From assembly GCA_944369075.1 (NCBI GenBank), contig CALVXK010000008.1, forward strand, positions 112 through 64,111: a stretch of 64,000 bases of DNA. The letters run 5' to 3'. Below the pieces are notes generated by a model that was not told the origin of the DNA, searched no databases, and was given only the letters and a program-made list of their open reading frames with translations. The DNA comes from an uncultured Bacilli bacterium. GTDB lineage: Bacteria; Bacillota_I; Bacilli_A; RFN20; CAG-826. Below, one piece after another: positions 1 to 9,571 of this stretch. The number at the start of each line of letters is the position of its first letter. Position 1 is the stretch's first letter. The translations under genes were made by a program, and so were the position numbers.

Positions 1-909
1 ATTAAAGAATATCTTTGGGGTGGATTTAAACTTAAAAAATATAAAGATTTAGATAATAAATATGAAAAAATAAGTGAATCTTGGGAGTTATCTTTTTTAG
101 ATGAAGGACCTTCTAAATTTATAAATAAAGAAGGTAAAGAAGTAGAACTTAGAAATGAAGTTACTTCTTTAGATTTAGGAAAAAATATAAATAACTTTAA
201 ATTTAATGATAAGATATTTTTCCCTCTTTTAATTAAATTAATAGATTCAAATGATTCTTTATCTATTCAAGTTCATCCAAGTGATGATTATGCTTTAAAA
301 CATGAAAATTCTTTAGGTAAAGAAGAAATGTGGATTATTTTAGATTCTAATCCTAATTCTTATTTATATTTAGGGTTAAATAAAGATTTAACTAAAGAGG
401 AATTTTTAAATTCAGTTAATAACAATACTTTATTAGAAAATTTAAATAAAGTTTATGTTAAAAAAGATGATATATTTTTAGTAAAACCCGGAACAATTCA
501 TGCTATTGGTAAAGGTATTACTTTACTTGAAATACAAGAGTCTTCTTTTTTAACATATCGAATTTATGATTTTAATAGAGTTGATAAAAACGGTAAAAAA
601 AGAGAATTACATTTAACTAAAGCATTAGATGTTATAAATTTTAATAAATTAGATATTAGTTCAATTGATTTAACAAATAATGATGAAATAAGAACTAAAT
701 ATTTTAATGTTATTTTATCAAACTTGAATAAAGATGAATCAAAAGAGTATCTTTATTCAAATTCTTTTGTTTTAGCAACAATTATTGATGGAGAAGGGTT
801 TATAAATGATAAAAAAGTATCTAAATTTAAGTCTTATTTTATAAAAGCTGATACACATTTTGTTATTAAAACAGACACTAAATTAAGTTATGTTCTTAGT
901 TCGATTTAA
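1..909 (+). CDS. manA: Mannose-6-phosphate isomerase, class I (5' end lies upstream of window)
   Basis: Frame 1 is open from base 1. 'LSIQVHPSDDYA', 'GKEEMWIIL', 'PGTIHAIGKG' and 'LLEIQESS' fit the class I PMI cupin/zinc-site motifs. Confidence 0.8.
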   Translation: MKEYLWGGFKLKKYKDLDNKYEKISESWELSFLDEGPSKFINKEGKEVELRNEVTSLDLGKNINNFKFNDKIFFPLLIKLIDSNDSLSIQVHPSDDYALKHENSLGKEEMWIILDSNPNSYLYLGLNKDLTKEEFLNSVNNNTLLENLNKVYVKKDDIFLVKPGTIHAIGKGITLLEIQESSFLTYRIYDFNRVDKNGKKRELHLTKALDVINFNKLDISSIDLTNNDEIRTKYFNVILSNLNKDESKEYLYSNSFVLATIIDGEGFINDKKVSKFKSYFIKADTHFVIKTDTKLSYVLSSI

Positions 910-2211
910 TTAAAATAAGAAGATTAAACTTATACCAATAACAAGTAAAATTAAACCTATTGGAGCATATTTAAAATAAGTCAAATATGATATTTTTTCG
1001 TCATTTTCTTTACAAATTCGAATAAACATTAAAGATGATAATGCTCCACAAGGTGTAATTAAAGCACATAGATTAGAAGAAAGAATAGTTGCATAGACAC
1101 TATTTAAATCAATAATTGATGAGTAGTTTAATATATCTCCATAAAGAAGTGACATAGGAACATTATTTACTAAATTTGCTGCTAAAGCGCTAGAAATACC
1201 ATAAATATATGTTTCTAAAGTAGGATTATTTGTTGATTCAATTAAAGAAGAAACACTTGAAAGAAGTGGAGTTTCATTTAAAGAAGAAATAATAATAAAC
1301 ATTGAAACTAGAAACGGAATAAATTCATAAGGTAGAGACTTTAAAGGTTTAATAAAGTATTCTTTTTCTTTTTTAAATGAAAATGTATAAATTATTGCAA
1401 TAATTAAATCTAACAATGCAAAAACTAGAGTAATTATATACATTTCAATATTTATAAAGCTTGAAAGAATTAAAAGAATTGTTGTTAAAGCTAAAGAAGT
1501 TAAACCTACTATAAGTAAGAATTTATTTTTAATAGGTTTCTTTTCAACATTAGTATCTATTTTAACTTTTAAATCTTTATAAAATACTAAAATTAAAATT
1601 ACATATAAAACTAGCATTAAAATTAAAGAAACCGGTGTTAATTTCTTTAAATAATCAAAATAAGTAATATCAAAGAATGATCCTAAATATAAATTAGAAA
1701 CATTTGTAGTTAAAAATGTTGCAGATAATGTATTTAAAACAAAACATACCATCATTAAATAAGGTAAAGCCTTAGTTTTACATGCTCTAGCAAAATAAAT
1801 AATAATTGGTGTAACAATAATTATTATGTCGTTATTTGTTAAAATTGTAAGAAAAGATATTAAAAAATAGAAAACAGTAAATAAAATAAATTGATTACCC
1901 TTTCCAATTCGGCCAACTCTAGTTGCTAAATAATCAAATAACCCAACACTATCTAAGAATTTAGATATAAATGTTAAAGATAAAAATAAAACTATAATTT
2001 TAAATGGATTAGTGGAATTATTTTCGATAAATAATTTTAAAATATCTCCATCAGTAGAAATATGAGTTAATAATATTAAGATTGCCCCTAGTAATGTAAT
2101 TAACCAATAAGTATCTATTTTCTTACTTCTAATCTTTATTGTAGGGAAAAGGAAGAAAGATAGAGTCATTGCAATAATCGTAAGCGCACTAATTACATAA
2201 GTGGCAATCAT
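910..2211 (-). CDS. Polytopic membrane permease, ArsB/NhaD (anion/citrate-type) superfamily-like
   Basis: 433-aa ORF that is almost entirely hydrophobic spans (about 11-12). An SD (GAGGT) lies upstream. Family assignment is by overall pattern only. Confidence 0.5.
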   Translation of the reverse strand: MIATYVISALTIIAMTLSFFLFPTIKIRSKKIDTYWLITLLGAILILLTHISTDGDILKLFIENNSTNPFKIIVLFLSLTFISKFLDSVGLFDYLATRVGRIGKGNQFILFTVFYFLISFLTILTNNDIIIIVTPIIIYFARACKTKALPYLMMVCFVLNTLSATFLTTNVSNLYLGSFFDITYFDYLKKLTPVSLILMLVLYVILILVFYKDLKVKIDTNVEKKPIKNKFLLIVGLTSLALTTILLILSSFINIEMYIITLVFALLDLIIAIIYTFSFKKEKEYFIKPLKSLPYEFIPFLVSMFIIISSLNETPLLSSVSSLIESTNNPTLETYIYGISSALAANLVNNVPMSLLYGDILNYSSIIDLNSVYATILSSNLCALITPCGALSSLMFIRICKENDEKISYLTYFKYAPIGLILLVIGISLIFLF

Positions 2212-2461
2212 AAATTTACCTCGTTTAGTCTAACGGTTAAATATCATAGTCTTCTATAATTAAATTATCAATAAATTGTTTATTTAATATACTTTAATTG
2301 ATAATAGTCGATATTTTATGGTATCACGCGGAAACTTTTAAATTAATTTTCGTCTGTAAAGCTTTTTTAAGAGGATAAATCATACCTTGAAAATTTCATT
2401 TTAAGTAAAATCGCGAGTTGCACTCGGGATTTTTCTAAAGTATAATATCAATGGTGATAAT

Positions 2462-3694
2462 ATGATTAATAGAACGATTAAAAAAGAAGTACTAAAAAGC
2501 TTAAAATTTAAACCAATTACTTTGATTACCGGTGCTAGGCAAGTTGGGAAAACAACTTTATGTATGGAAATAATGAAAGAATCTGGTTTTAATTATGTAA
2601 GTTTAGATGATTTTCGTTTAAGAAAACAGGCAATTGATGATCCGGAATTATTCTTAGCCGAACATAAATGGCCTTTGATTATCGATGAGGTTCAATATGC
2701 CCCTCGATTATTTGATGTTATAGAATCGATCGTTAATAAACAACAATTTGAAACCGGAAATAATGCAGGGATGTATATATTAACCGGTTCTCAAACTTAT
2801 GAATTAATGAAAGGTGTTACTCAATCAATGGCAGGAAGAGTTTCTATTATAAGAATGCCTCCTCTTTCTGTTCGAGAAATTCATAATTTTGAAGATGAAA
2901 AATTTTCTTTTGATATAAATGAAATTTCTGGAAGGACCAAAAACTATAAAATTGAGGTAGATGACCTTTATAAACTCATTGTGAGAGGAATGTATCCTGA
3001 ACTTTATAAATCAAAAGATGAAGATTCAACAACTTTTTATTCTAACTATGTTAGTTCATATATTGAACGCGATGTTTCAACTACAATTAATTTGAAAGAT
3101 AAATTAAAATTCCAGAATTTTATGGAAATACTAGCTTCTTTAACTGGAGAAGAACTAGTTTATGATAACATAGCAAAATTAGTTCAAGTCGATTCCGAAA
3201 CTATAAAGAATTGGCTTTCCATTTTGCTTGCTGGTGACATCATTTATTTGTTAAGGCCATATAACGAAATTTCAGTAATAAAAAGAATAGTTAGAAGACC
3301 TAAAATTTATTTTAATGATACAGGACTTGCTTGTTACCTTGCTAGAATTGCTAATGATCAAATTCTTAGTCATTCATTTTTTAAAGGTAGATTTGTTGAA
3401 ACTTATATTGTTAATGAATTACGTAAATCATATAAAAATAATGGCATAGTTGAGAATTTTTATTACTATAGAGATAAAAATCAAAACGAAATTGATTTAG
3501 TTATTTTAGATGGAGGTGTTTTACATCTTATTGAATGTAAATCAGGCTATGATTATTCTAAAAAAGATGTAAAAAGTTTTGCTAGACTTTCTAATTCTAA
3601 TTATGAATTAGGAAATTCTTTCGTTATTTGTAATACAAGTTCTATTTATACAATTGATAATAAAATTTATGCTATCCCTATTTCATCTATTTAG
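2462..3694 (+). CDS. AAA+ ATPase, AAA_14/DUF4143 family (paralog 1 of 3 in window)
   Basis: Walker A 'GARQVGKTT', Walker B-like 'LIIDEVQYAP', and a C-terminal 'NEIDLVIL...LIECKSG' D..ExK-like tail typical of DUF4143 proteins. Confidence 0.8.
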   Translation: MINRTIKKEVLKSLKFKPITLITGARQVGKTTLCMEIMKESGFNYVSLDDFRLRKQAIDDPELFLAEHKWPLIIDEVQYAPRLFDVIESIVNKQQFETGNNAGMYILTGSQTYELMKGVTQSMAGRVSIIRMPPLSVREIHNFEDEKFSFDINEISGRTKNYKIEVDDLYKLIVRGMYPELYKSKDEDSTTFYSNYVSSYIERDVSTTINLKDKLKFQNFMEILASLTGEELVYDNIAKLVQVDSETIKNWLSILLAGDIIYLLRPYNEISVIKRIVRRPKIYFNDTGLACYLARIANDQILSHSFFKGRFVETYIVNELRKSYKNNGIVENFYYYRDKNQNEIDLVILDGGVLHLIECKSGYDYSKKDVKSFARLSNSNYELGNSFVICNTSSIYTIDNKIYAIPISSI

Positions 3695-3706
3695 GATAAT
3701 AAAAAA

Positions 3707-3739
3707 ACAACTACATATTAAGTAGAAATATGTAGTTGT
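3707..3739. terminator. Bidirectional hairpin between convergent genes
   Basis: acaactacata / tatgtagttgt form a perfect 11-bp stem. An A-run precedes it. It sits between the stops at 3694 (+) and 3765 (-). Confidence 0.6.
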
Positions 3740-3764
3740 AAGGATTTACTTAATTTAATCTATA

Positions 3765-4310
3765 TTATTTTAATAATTCTTCTAAATCTTTATCGATTTT
3801 TGAAATAGGAGTAGTTGGTTCATATCTTTTTAAGATATTACCTTCTTTTGAAATTAAGAATTTAGTAAAGTTCCATTTAATTGAATGTTTGTCTTTATCG
3901 TTTCCCATTTCTTTCATTAAATCATTTAATATTGGTGTAAGATTGTGATTAGGATCAAAGCCTTCAAATGTTGTATTTTCTTCTAAATATTTAAATAGAG
4001 GGGAAGCATTTTCGCCATTAACATCTACTTTATTAAATCTTTTATACTTAGTATTAAATTTTAAAGTACAAATCTTATTAATTTCTGCTATATCTTCTGG
4101 GGCTTGTTCTTTAAATTGATTACATGGGAATTCTAATAGTTCTAATCCAGAATCTTTATATTTTTCATATAAAGATTCTAATTCTTCTAATGTTGGGGTA
4201 AATCCACAATGAGTTGCACTATTAAAAATAAGAAGTGTTTTACCTTTAAATTCTGATAAACTAACTTCATTATTATTCATATCTAATACTTTGAAATCAT
4301 ATATATTCAT
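3765..4310 (-). CDS. gpx: Glutathione peroxidase
   Basis: 'NSATHCGFTP...LLEFPCNQFKEQAP' and 'WNFTKFLI' match the GPx catalytic Cys and signature motifs. Confidence 0.85.
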   Translation of the reverse strand: MNIYDFKVLDMNNNEVSLSEFKGKTLLIFNSATHCGFTPTLEELESLYEKYKDSGLELLEFPCNQFKEQAPEDIAEINKICTLKFNTKYKRFNKVDVNGENASPLFKYLEENTTFEGFDPNHNLTPILNDLMKEMGNDKDKHSIKWNFTKFLISKEGNILKRYEPTTPISKIDKDLEELLK

Positions 4311-4425
4311 GTTTATATTCTCCTTAAGTTAAATTAATTATTTAACTATTTTATTTTATCATTATTTGTATCTAATATTTATTAATATGCTTATAAATAA
4401 TAAGTAAGGTATAATTTAACTTAAT

Positions 4426-5115
4426 ATGAGCCGGGAAGAATTTTTTAATTATATAAAAACTAAAGATTATTTTATTTCTTTAAAAGCATTTTTAGATAAA
4501 GAATATTCTAATTATGTAATTTATCCTGAAAGAAAAGATTTATTAAATGCTTTTAAATTATGTGATATTAATAAAATAAAGGTAGTTATTATTGGGCAAG
4601 ATCCATACTTTAATAAAGATCAAGCTATGGGACTTGCTTTTTCTATTAAACCTTATAATCACAAATTACCACCATCATTAATCAATATATATAAAGAACT
4701 ATGTATTGAATTTAATAATTCTTTATATATGAATTTTAATGATGGTGATCTTACTTATTTAGCAAAACAAGGAGTATTTTTAATTAATCCGATATTAAGT
4801 GTAAGAGAAAAAGAACCTTTAAGTCACGATATTAAAGAATATAAGTTATTATTTAAAGATATAATGGAATATATCGATAAGATAAATAATAATATTGTAT
4901 TTATATTGCTTGGTAATAAAGCTAAAGGTTATAAAAAATATATTACTAATAAAAATAGATTAATTATTGAAGCATCTCACCCTTCTCCTTTAGGAGCTAA
5001 TAAAGGAGGTTTCTTTAATACTAATATTTTTATTAGAACAAATATGTATTTAAAAGAACATGGTTTAGGAGAGATAAATTGGTCGAATAATTCCTTATTT
5101 AACGATAAATTATAA
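4426..5115 (+). CDS. ung: Uracil-DNA glycosylase
   Basis: 'VVIIGQDPY' water-activating loop and 'HPSPL' leucine-intercalation loop. Length is 229 aa. Confidence 0.9.
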   Translation: MSREEFFNYIKTKDYFISLKAFLDKEYSNYVIYPERKDLLNAFKLCDINKIKVVIIGQDPYFNKDQAMGLAFSIKPYNHKLPPSLINIYKELCIEFNNSLYMNFNDGDLTYLAKQGVFLINPILSVREKEPLSHDIKEYKLLFKDIMEYIDKINNNIVFILLGNKAKGYKKYITNKNRLIIEASHPSPLGANKGGFFNTNIFIRTNMYLKEHGLGEINWSNNSLFNDKL

Positions 5116-5237
5116 TCTCACGTGAAAATAAATTATTGTTTATAATTGCAATTATCAAAAAAATATTACCACGTGGAAACATTTTGTGCTTTTAATTTTA
5201 ATAACTTCTTAACTTTCATCTCTTTTCAGATTTTTAT

Positions 5238-5729
5238 ATGATTAAAGATATGAAAAAAGAAGAAGTTATCAAAGATTTAGAGCTAATTCCTCATATTGAA
5301 GGAGGATATTTTAAAGAAACAGTCCATGGAGATATTAAATATAAAGATAGTGATCAATATTTATACTCATCAATTATATTTTTATTAGGTAAAGATGATA
5401 TTTCTCATCTACATGATTTAAAAGAAGATGAACTTTGGTATTACCAAGGTGGAGACAATTGTTTAATTGTTGATATTGATACTCATAATGGATTTAAAGT
5501 CAATTATGTTGAAATTGGACTAAATAATGGTAATAAATTAGTTCAATATTTAGTTAAGAAAGGACATATTTTTGGTTCTAGATGTAAAGGAGAGAACTTT
5601 ACTTTAGTAGGATGTATGGTTTCACCTTCTTTTAAATATGAACATTTTAGATTAGTAAAAAAAGAAGAAGTTGAAGGCAAAATTTCTAACGAAGATTTTG
5701 AAAAAATCTCTGATATGTTTGCAGAATAA
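5238..5729 (+). CDS. Cupin-fold protein, DUF985 family
   Basis: 'LELIPHIEGGYFKET', 'SHLHDLKEDELWYYQGG' and 'LVGCMVSPSFKYEHF' fit the DUF985 cupin pattern. Confidence 0.75.
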   Translation: MIKDMKKEEVIKDLELIPHIEGGYFKETVHGDIKYKDSDQYLYSSIIFLLGKDDISHLHDLKEDELWYYQGGDNCLIVDIDTHNGFKVNYVEIGLNNGNKLVQYLVKKGHIFGSRCKGENFTLVGCMVSPSFKYEHFRLVKKEEVEGKISNEDFEKISDMFAE

Positions 5730-5732
5730 TTT

Positions 5733-7175
5733 TTAATCTTTTAGTTCAACTAAAGATTTATTTGTTAGGTACGTTATAGCTTTGCTATTTTTGTTTTGAT
5801 ATAACAAGTTATTATTTATTAAATTCCCGATAATTTCGTTTCTTAAATAAGAAGATGGTTCGATATTTAATAACGAAGCAATTTCACGTAATGTTCTCTC
5901 TTTATAGTAACAATACCCAAGTATTTGTTCATCCTTTTCACTTGTTTGAATCGAATTATCTTTAGATTTGGCTAATAAATTTTTAGTATTTTCATCAATT
6001 ACACCTGTTTCGGTATTTAAATTAGGAAGTGTAATTATAAATCTTGTTGAATCTGAATCGATGTAAGGCTTTTTACTCCCGCTATAATTTTTATAGTCTT
6101 CAGTAATTTTTTCAAATCCGCTGCCTCTTTTTTCCATGTAGTTACAAAGAGATAAAACTTCACATATTAACTGGTTTCTTCTTGTAGGGAGAATTGAGGA
6201 GATGTTTGTTTCTCTTTTTAAATCGACATCTTGATCTAATAACGAACCAGGAGAAACAATTTCTAATCTATCAAAATAAAGATTAATTTGAATAAAGGAT
6301 TCTGAATAATAATAGTTTTTGTGTGCATATGCATTTACCACACTTTCAAAGACAGATCTTGTCGGGTATGATGGGATACTAAGTCTAGATGTTGGAAGTT
6401 TTACTTCAACAATTTTGTTGTTTTCTTGAACGAAACTTAGGATTCTTTCGATATTATCAAAAATATTTCCGTTTAAATCCCCACTAGTTTCATAATCATC
6501 AATGCCTTTATTTATTCCTTTCCACAAATTACAGACTGCAAGAGTAGCTTCTCCTCTATAATTGTCTTTAAAAATCAAAGCTCCTCTAGCTAAAAAACCA
6601 TCTTTATTAACAAAGCCTATATTTAGAAGTGTTTTAAAGGTTAATTCTATCTTATGTATTTCTCTGTATTTGTTGTGGAGTTTTGTAAAATCTCTTTCAT
6701 CATATTTAACATCAGTAATTTGCAAGTCATAAGGTATCGAGGCTTTATTGGCAAATAAAAATTCAATTTTTTCTGGAGTTGCAGGATAGTTTCTTCCCTC
6801 GTCTCTAAGATAAACTGTAAAAAATCCATTATATTTTAAATAAAAAATATTTTTCTCTCTTAGAATGTTAATTTTAATAATAAAAGAATCGGTTTTGTTT
6901 GGTATTTCTAAGTATTCAAAATTATATGTAGGAAGTGGAGTAATATGTTCTTTAACTTCCCTGATAAACAATTGAACTTGGGAATCAACAATTTCTTTAG
7001 ATAAGCCAATAGGCTCATAAGTTTGATCTTTAACACCGACGTATAAAGATCCGCCGTTTGTATTAGCAAAAGCATCAACTGTTTTTAACCGTGTTAAAGA
7101 TTTTTCTCCATCATTTAAGAATTGTTTGAACTCTACTGTCTTGGATTCAAATTTAGGTAAAGCAAGTTCTTTCAT
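5733..7175 (-). CDS. AlbA_2 (Schlafen-like) DNA-binding domain protein with ATPase-like middle region and C-terminal wHTH (putative regulator)
   Basis: N-terminal 'ESKTVEFKQ...AFANTNGGSLYVGV' is the AlbA_2 signature. The middle region 'NAYAHKNY...EIVSPGSL' is HATPase_c_4-like. The C-terminal tail is wHTH-like. Confidence 0.6.
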   Translation of the reverse strand: MKELALPKFESKTVEFKQFLNDGEKSLTRLKTVDAFANTNGGSLYVGVKDQTYEPIGLSKEIVDSQVQLFIREVKEHITPLPTYNFEYLEIPNKTDSFIIKINILREKNIFYLKYNGFFTVYLRDEGRNYPATPEKIEFLFANKASIPYDLQITDVKYDERDFTKLHNKYREIHKIELTFKTLLNIGFVNKDGFLARGALIFKDNYRGEATLAVCNLWKGINKGIDDYETSGDLNGNIFDNIERILSFVQENNKIVEVKLPTSRLSIPSYPTRSVFESVVNAYAHKNYYYSESFIQINLYFDRLEIVSPGSLLDQDVDLKRETNISSILPTRRNQLICEVLSLCNYMEKRGSGFEKITEDYKNYSGSKKPYIDSDSTRFIITLPNLNTETGVIDENTKNLLAKSKDNSIQTSEKDEQILGYCYYKERTLREIASLLNIEPSSYLRNEIIGNLINNNLLYQNKNSKAITYLTNKSLVELKD

Positions 7176-7191
7176 ATAAAACCTCCAATTT

Positions 7192-7326
7192 ACTTCTAGA
7201 TTACTTCTAGATAAATTCTACTACTTCTAGTCAAAAAATCAATAAAAATTGCATTTTTTTGAGATATTTAAAAAAATTAACGAAATTTACTTCTAGGAAA
7301 CTTCTAGATAACTTCTTTACTTCTAG
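7192..7326. repeat. Array of six perfect ACTTCTAG octamers plus one degenerate copy, in two clusters of three
   Basis: Perfect copies at 7192, 7203, 7223, 7289, 7300 and 7319. A degenerate ACTTCTTT lies at 7311. The array sits directly upstream of the minus-strand start at 7175. Confidence 0.9.
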
Positions 7327-7431
7327 ATGTAATTTGTTGTTAAGAAATATATAGCAATTAAATAGAATTTTAAATAAATTGTAAAAAGTGAGTATTTTAC
7401 TTGTCAGAAGCAAAATGGGCCTATATAATAA

Positions 7432-7532
7432 AGTCAGTTAAAAGGGAGCTGGTAGTTATATCTGGCTGAGATAAAAGGAATTTAACTTTTGACCTATTAA
7501 CCTGATCTAGGTAATTCTAGCGTAGGTGATTA
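7432..7532 (+). promoter_or_regulatory. TPP (THI-box) riboswitch aptamer
   Basis: 'ggctgaga' and 'aacctgatctaggtaattctagcgtagg' match the conserved THI-box CUGAGA and ACCUGAUCUGGAUAAUGCCAGCG cores. A thiamine transporter gene lies downstream. Confidence 0.85.
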
Positions 7533-7715
7533 ACTAACGAGAAGAGAATTTATTTATATGGGTATAAATGATTCTAATAGTTTGTTTGGTTATCTCTTTA
7601 AATATCTTAGTAATAAGAGAAGTAAAAGATAAGCCGAAACAAAAGATTAGGGTATACAAAATATATCTAATATAAATAAATTATTGCTTTATTAAATGTT
7701 CTATTTTAATCCCTT

Positions 7716-7743
7716 AACCTAGAATTGTATTCTGGGTTTTTTT
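7716..7743 (+). terminator. Intrinsic terminator, probable riboswitch expression platform
   Basis: aacctagaat-tgt-attctgggtt forms a 10-bp stem with one G-U pair, followed by T7. The left arm ctagaat can pair instead with aptamer attctag (about 7515-7521). Confidence 0.7.
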
Positions 7744-7763
7744 CTTGCTTTAAGGGAGGTTTT

Positions 7764-8834
7764 ATGGAAAATCAAGTTATAGAAGAGAAAAAATCCTATA
7801 ATAAATTCTATATTTTAGGTATTGGTATATTCTTGTTCTTACTTCTTATATTTTCAATGTTTATTCCTGGATTTATCGTTGAAGGGGAAGAAGAAAATAT
7901 CAATGTTTCTTTAAGTCAATTAATCTTTAATGATCAAAATGTTCTTGGAATATTTTCTTTTGTATTTTTAATCATATCTTTAGCAGTTTTTATTCCAACA
8001 GCTTTACTTAGTGATAAAAATAAGAAAATATGTAATATATTAACAATTATTGATTTAGTTACTTTTTTAATTTCATTTGTATTCTATATCCTTATTACTT
8101 ATGTTTCCCCTTATATTGGCTATACTTATGATGGAGATTTTAAAGTAGAAGAGATATTTACAATTATTTATTTAGTTATTAGTGTAATTTTATTTATTAT
8201 TATAGTTTCTAACTATACAAAGAAAGAAAAAGCATTTACAACTAGAGAAATTGCTGAAATTTCTATTTTATTAGCTTTATCTATTGTCTTAGATAAAATT
8301 AAAATTAGTGTTGGTGCTGATGGGGGAAGTGTTAATGTTAGTGCTTTCCCTTTAATCTTAATCGGTTTAAGATTTGGTTTTATTAAAGGATTTATTTCTT
8401 CATCAATATTCTTTGGTTTAATTACTAACTTACTTGATGGATATGGAATTATGACTTATCCATTTGATTATTTAATTGCTTTTTCTTTATATAGTGCTCC
8501 TGGTTTATTCTATGATTTATTTAAAAGAATTAACTTTGATAAAAAGAATGAAAAAGGTTTACTTTATAACGATCAAATAGCTTTAGTTATTTCTTTAATT
8601 TTAGGCCAAATCTTATCATTTGTTGCTAGAATGATTGGTGGATGCTTATCTTCAATAATTCTTTATGATGCAACTTTTGCGTACGCTTTAAGTTATAACT
8701 TACCTTACGTAGGTTTAAGTGCTTTATCTTGTTTAATCTTAGGTTTAGTTTTAGTCCCTGTAATTGTTAGACTTAATAAACGTTATGAAACTAAACATTT
8801 AAGAAAACTTAACTTGTTAACTCAAGAAAATTAG
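7764..8834 (+). CDS. thiT: ThiT-like thiamine ECF S-component with an extra N-terminal four-TM extension
   Basis: ATG at 7764 is preceded by GGGAGG. The ORF-track start at 7725 lies inside the terminator. The C-terminal ~190 aa ('TTREIAEISILLALSIVLD...') look ThiT-like. TPP riboswitch context supports the call. Confidence 0.7.
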   Translation: MENQVIEEKKSYNKFYILGIGIFLFLLLIFSMFIPGFIVEGEEENINVSLSQLIFNDQNVLGIFSFVFLIISLAVFIPTALLSDKNKKICNILTIIDLVTFLISFVFYILITYVSPYIGYTYDGDFKVEEIFTIIYLVISVILFIIIVSNYTKKEKAFTTREIAEISILLALSIVLDKIKISVGADGGSVNVSAFPLILIGLRFGFIKGFISSSIFFGLITNLLDGYGIMTYPFDYLIAFSLYSAPGLFYDLFKRINFDKKNEKGLLYNDQIALVISLILGQILSFVARMIGGCLSSIILYDATFAYALSYNLPYVGLSALSCLILGLVLVPVIVRLNKRYETKHLRKLNLLTQEN

Positions 8835-8862
8835 TCGTTTAATCCTCATATAACAAGAATTT

Positions 8863-8890
8863 GGGTAATCTAATGTAGATTATCCTTTTT
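8863..8890 (+). terminator. Intrinsic terminator after thiT
   Basis: gggtaatcta-atg-tagattatcc stem with one mismatch, followed by T5. Confidence 0.5.
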
Positions 8891-9094
8891 CTTTGGCTGG
8901 AAAGTCTTAACATTCATTAAATCTAAAATTTATTGATAACCACGAATATATCGTTAGTTATCGTGTTTTTGATTAACAATTCAAGTTAATTAAAATAAAT
9001 ATGAGTAACAAAAAAACAAAATTTTACAATTCTTGTTTTATTTATCTATATAAATTAATTTTAGTTATATTTATAAGTTTTAAGAAGGAAATTA

Positions 9095-9198
9095 ATGTTA
9101 CTTGAAAAAAAGTAATTGTAACTGGAGGAAGTAGAGGAATTGGTCTTGCTACTTGTAAAGAATTCTTAAAAGAAGGTGCTTTAGTTACTTTATGTTGA
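9095..9198 (+). pseudogene. Remnant of a short-chain dehydrogenase/reductase N-terminus
   Basis: ATG with an SD. Adding one A to the A7 run gives 'MLLEKKVIVTGGSRGIGLATCKEFLKEGALVTLC*' (TGxxxGIG Rossmann motif). It is truncated after about 33 codons. Confidence 0.6.
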
Positions 9199-9571
9199 TG
9201 GATTAGGTAGAGTTCAATCTAATATAAAAATAACAATAAAACAGCAAAACTTAATAGAAAAGGAACTAATAGATTTTAATAAACTAAATAGTTCCTTTTC
9301 TTTTTATAGATAATAAACAAAATTTAGGGTAATTAAACATGTTGTTTATTATCTATACTCTCTTTTCATTAACAATATATTTTGTTATTATTGGTTATTA
9401 TAATTTAGTAACTATTAATTAATTACATTAAACATTTATCGATATTAACATTATTTTAGTCTAAATATATTTACTTAATTTTAATATTTTTACTAATTTA
9501 AATATTGTTGATTGACAAAAATTACATCAATAGGTAAGTTATTAATAACGTTTAAATTAAGGAGAATATAT

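Noticed and set aside
2221-2262. A tRNA-like D-arm sequence, 'tagtctaacggttaa'.
   Set aside because: No T-loop (GTTCGAATC-like) and no acceptor-stem complementarity follow. The segment also contains the SD of the minus-strand permease gene.
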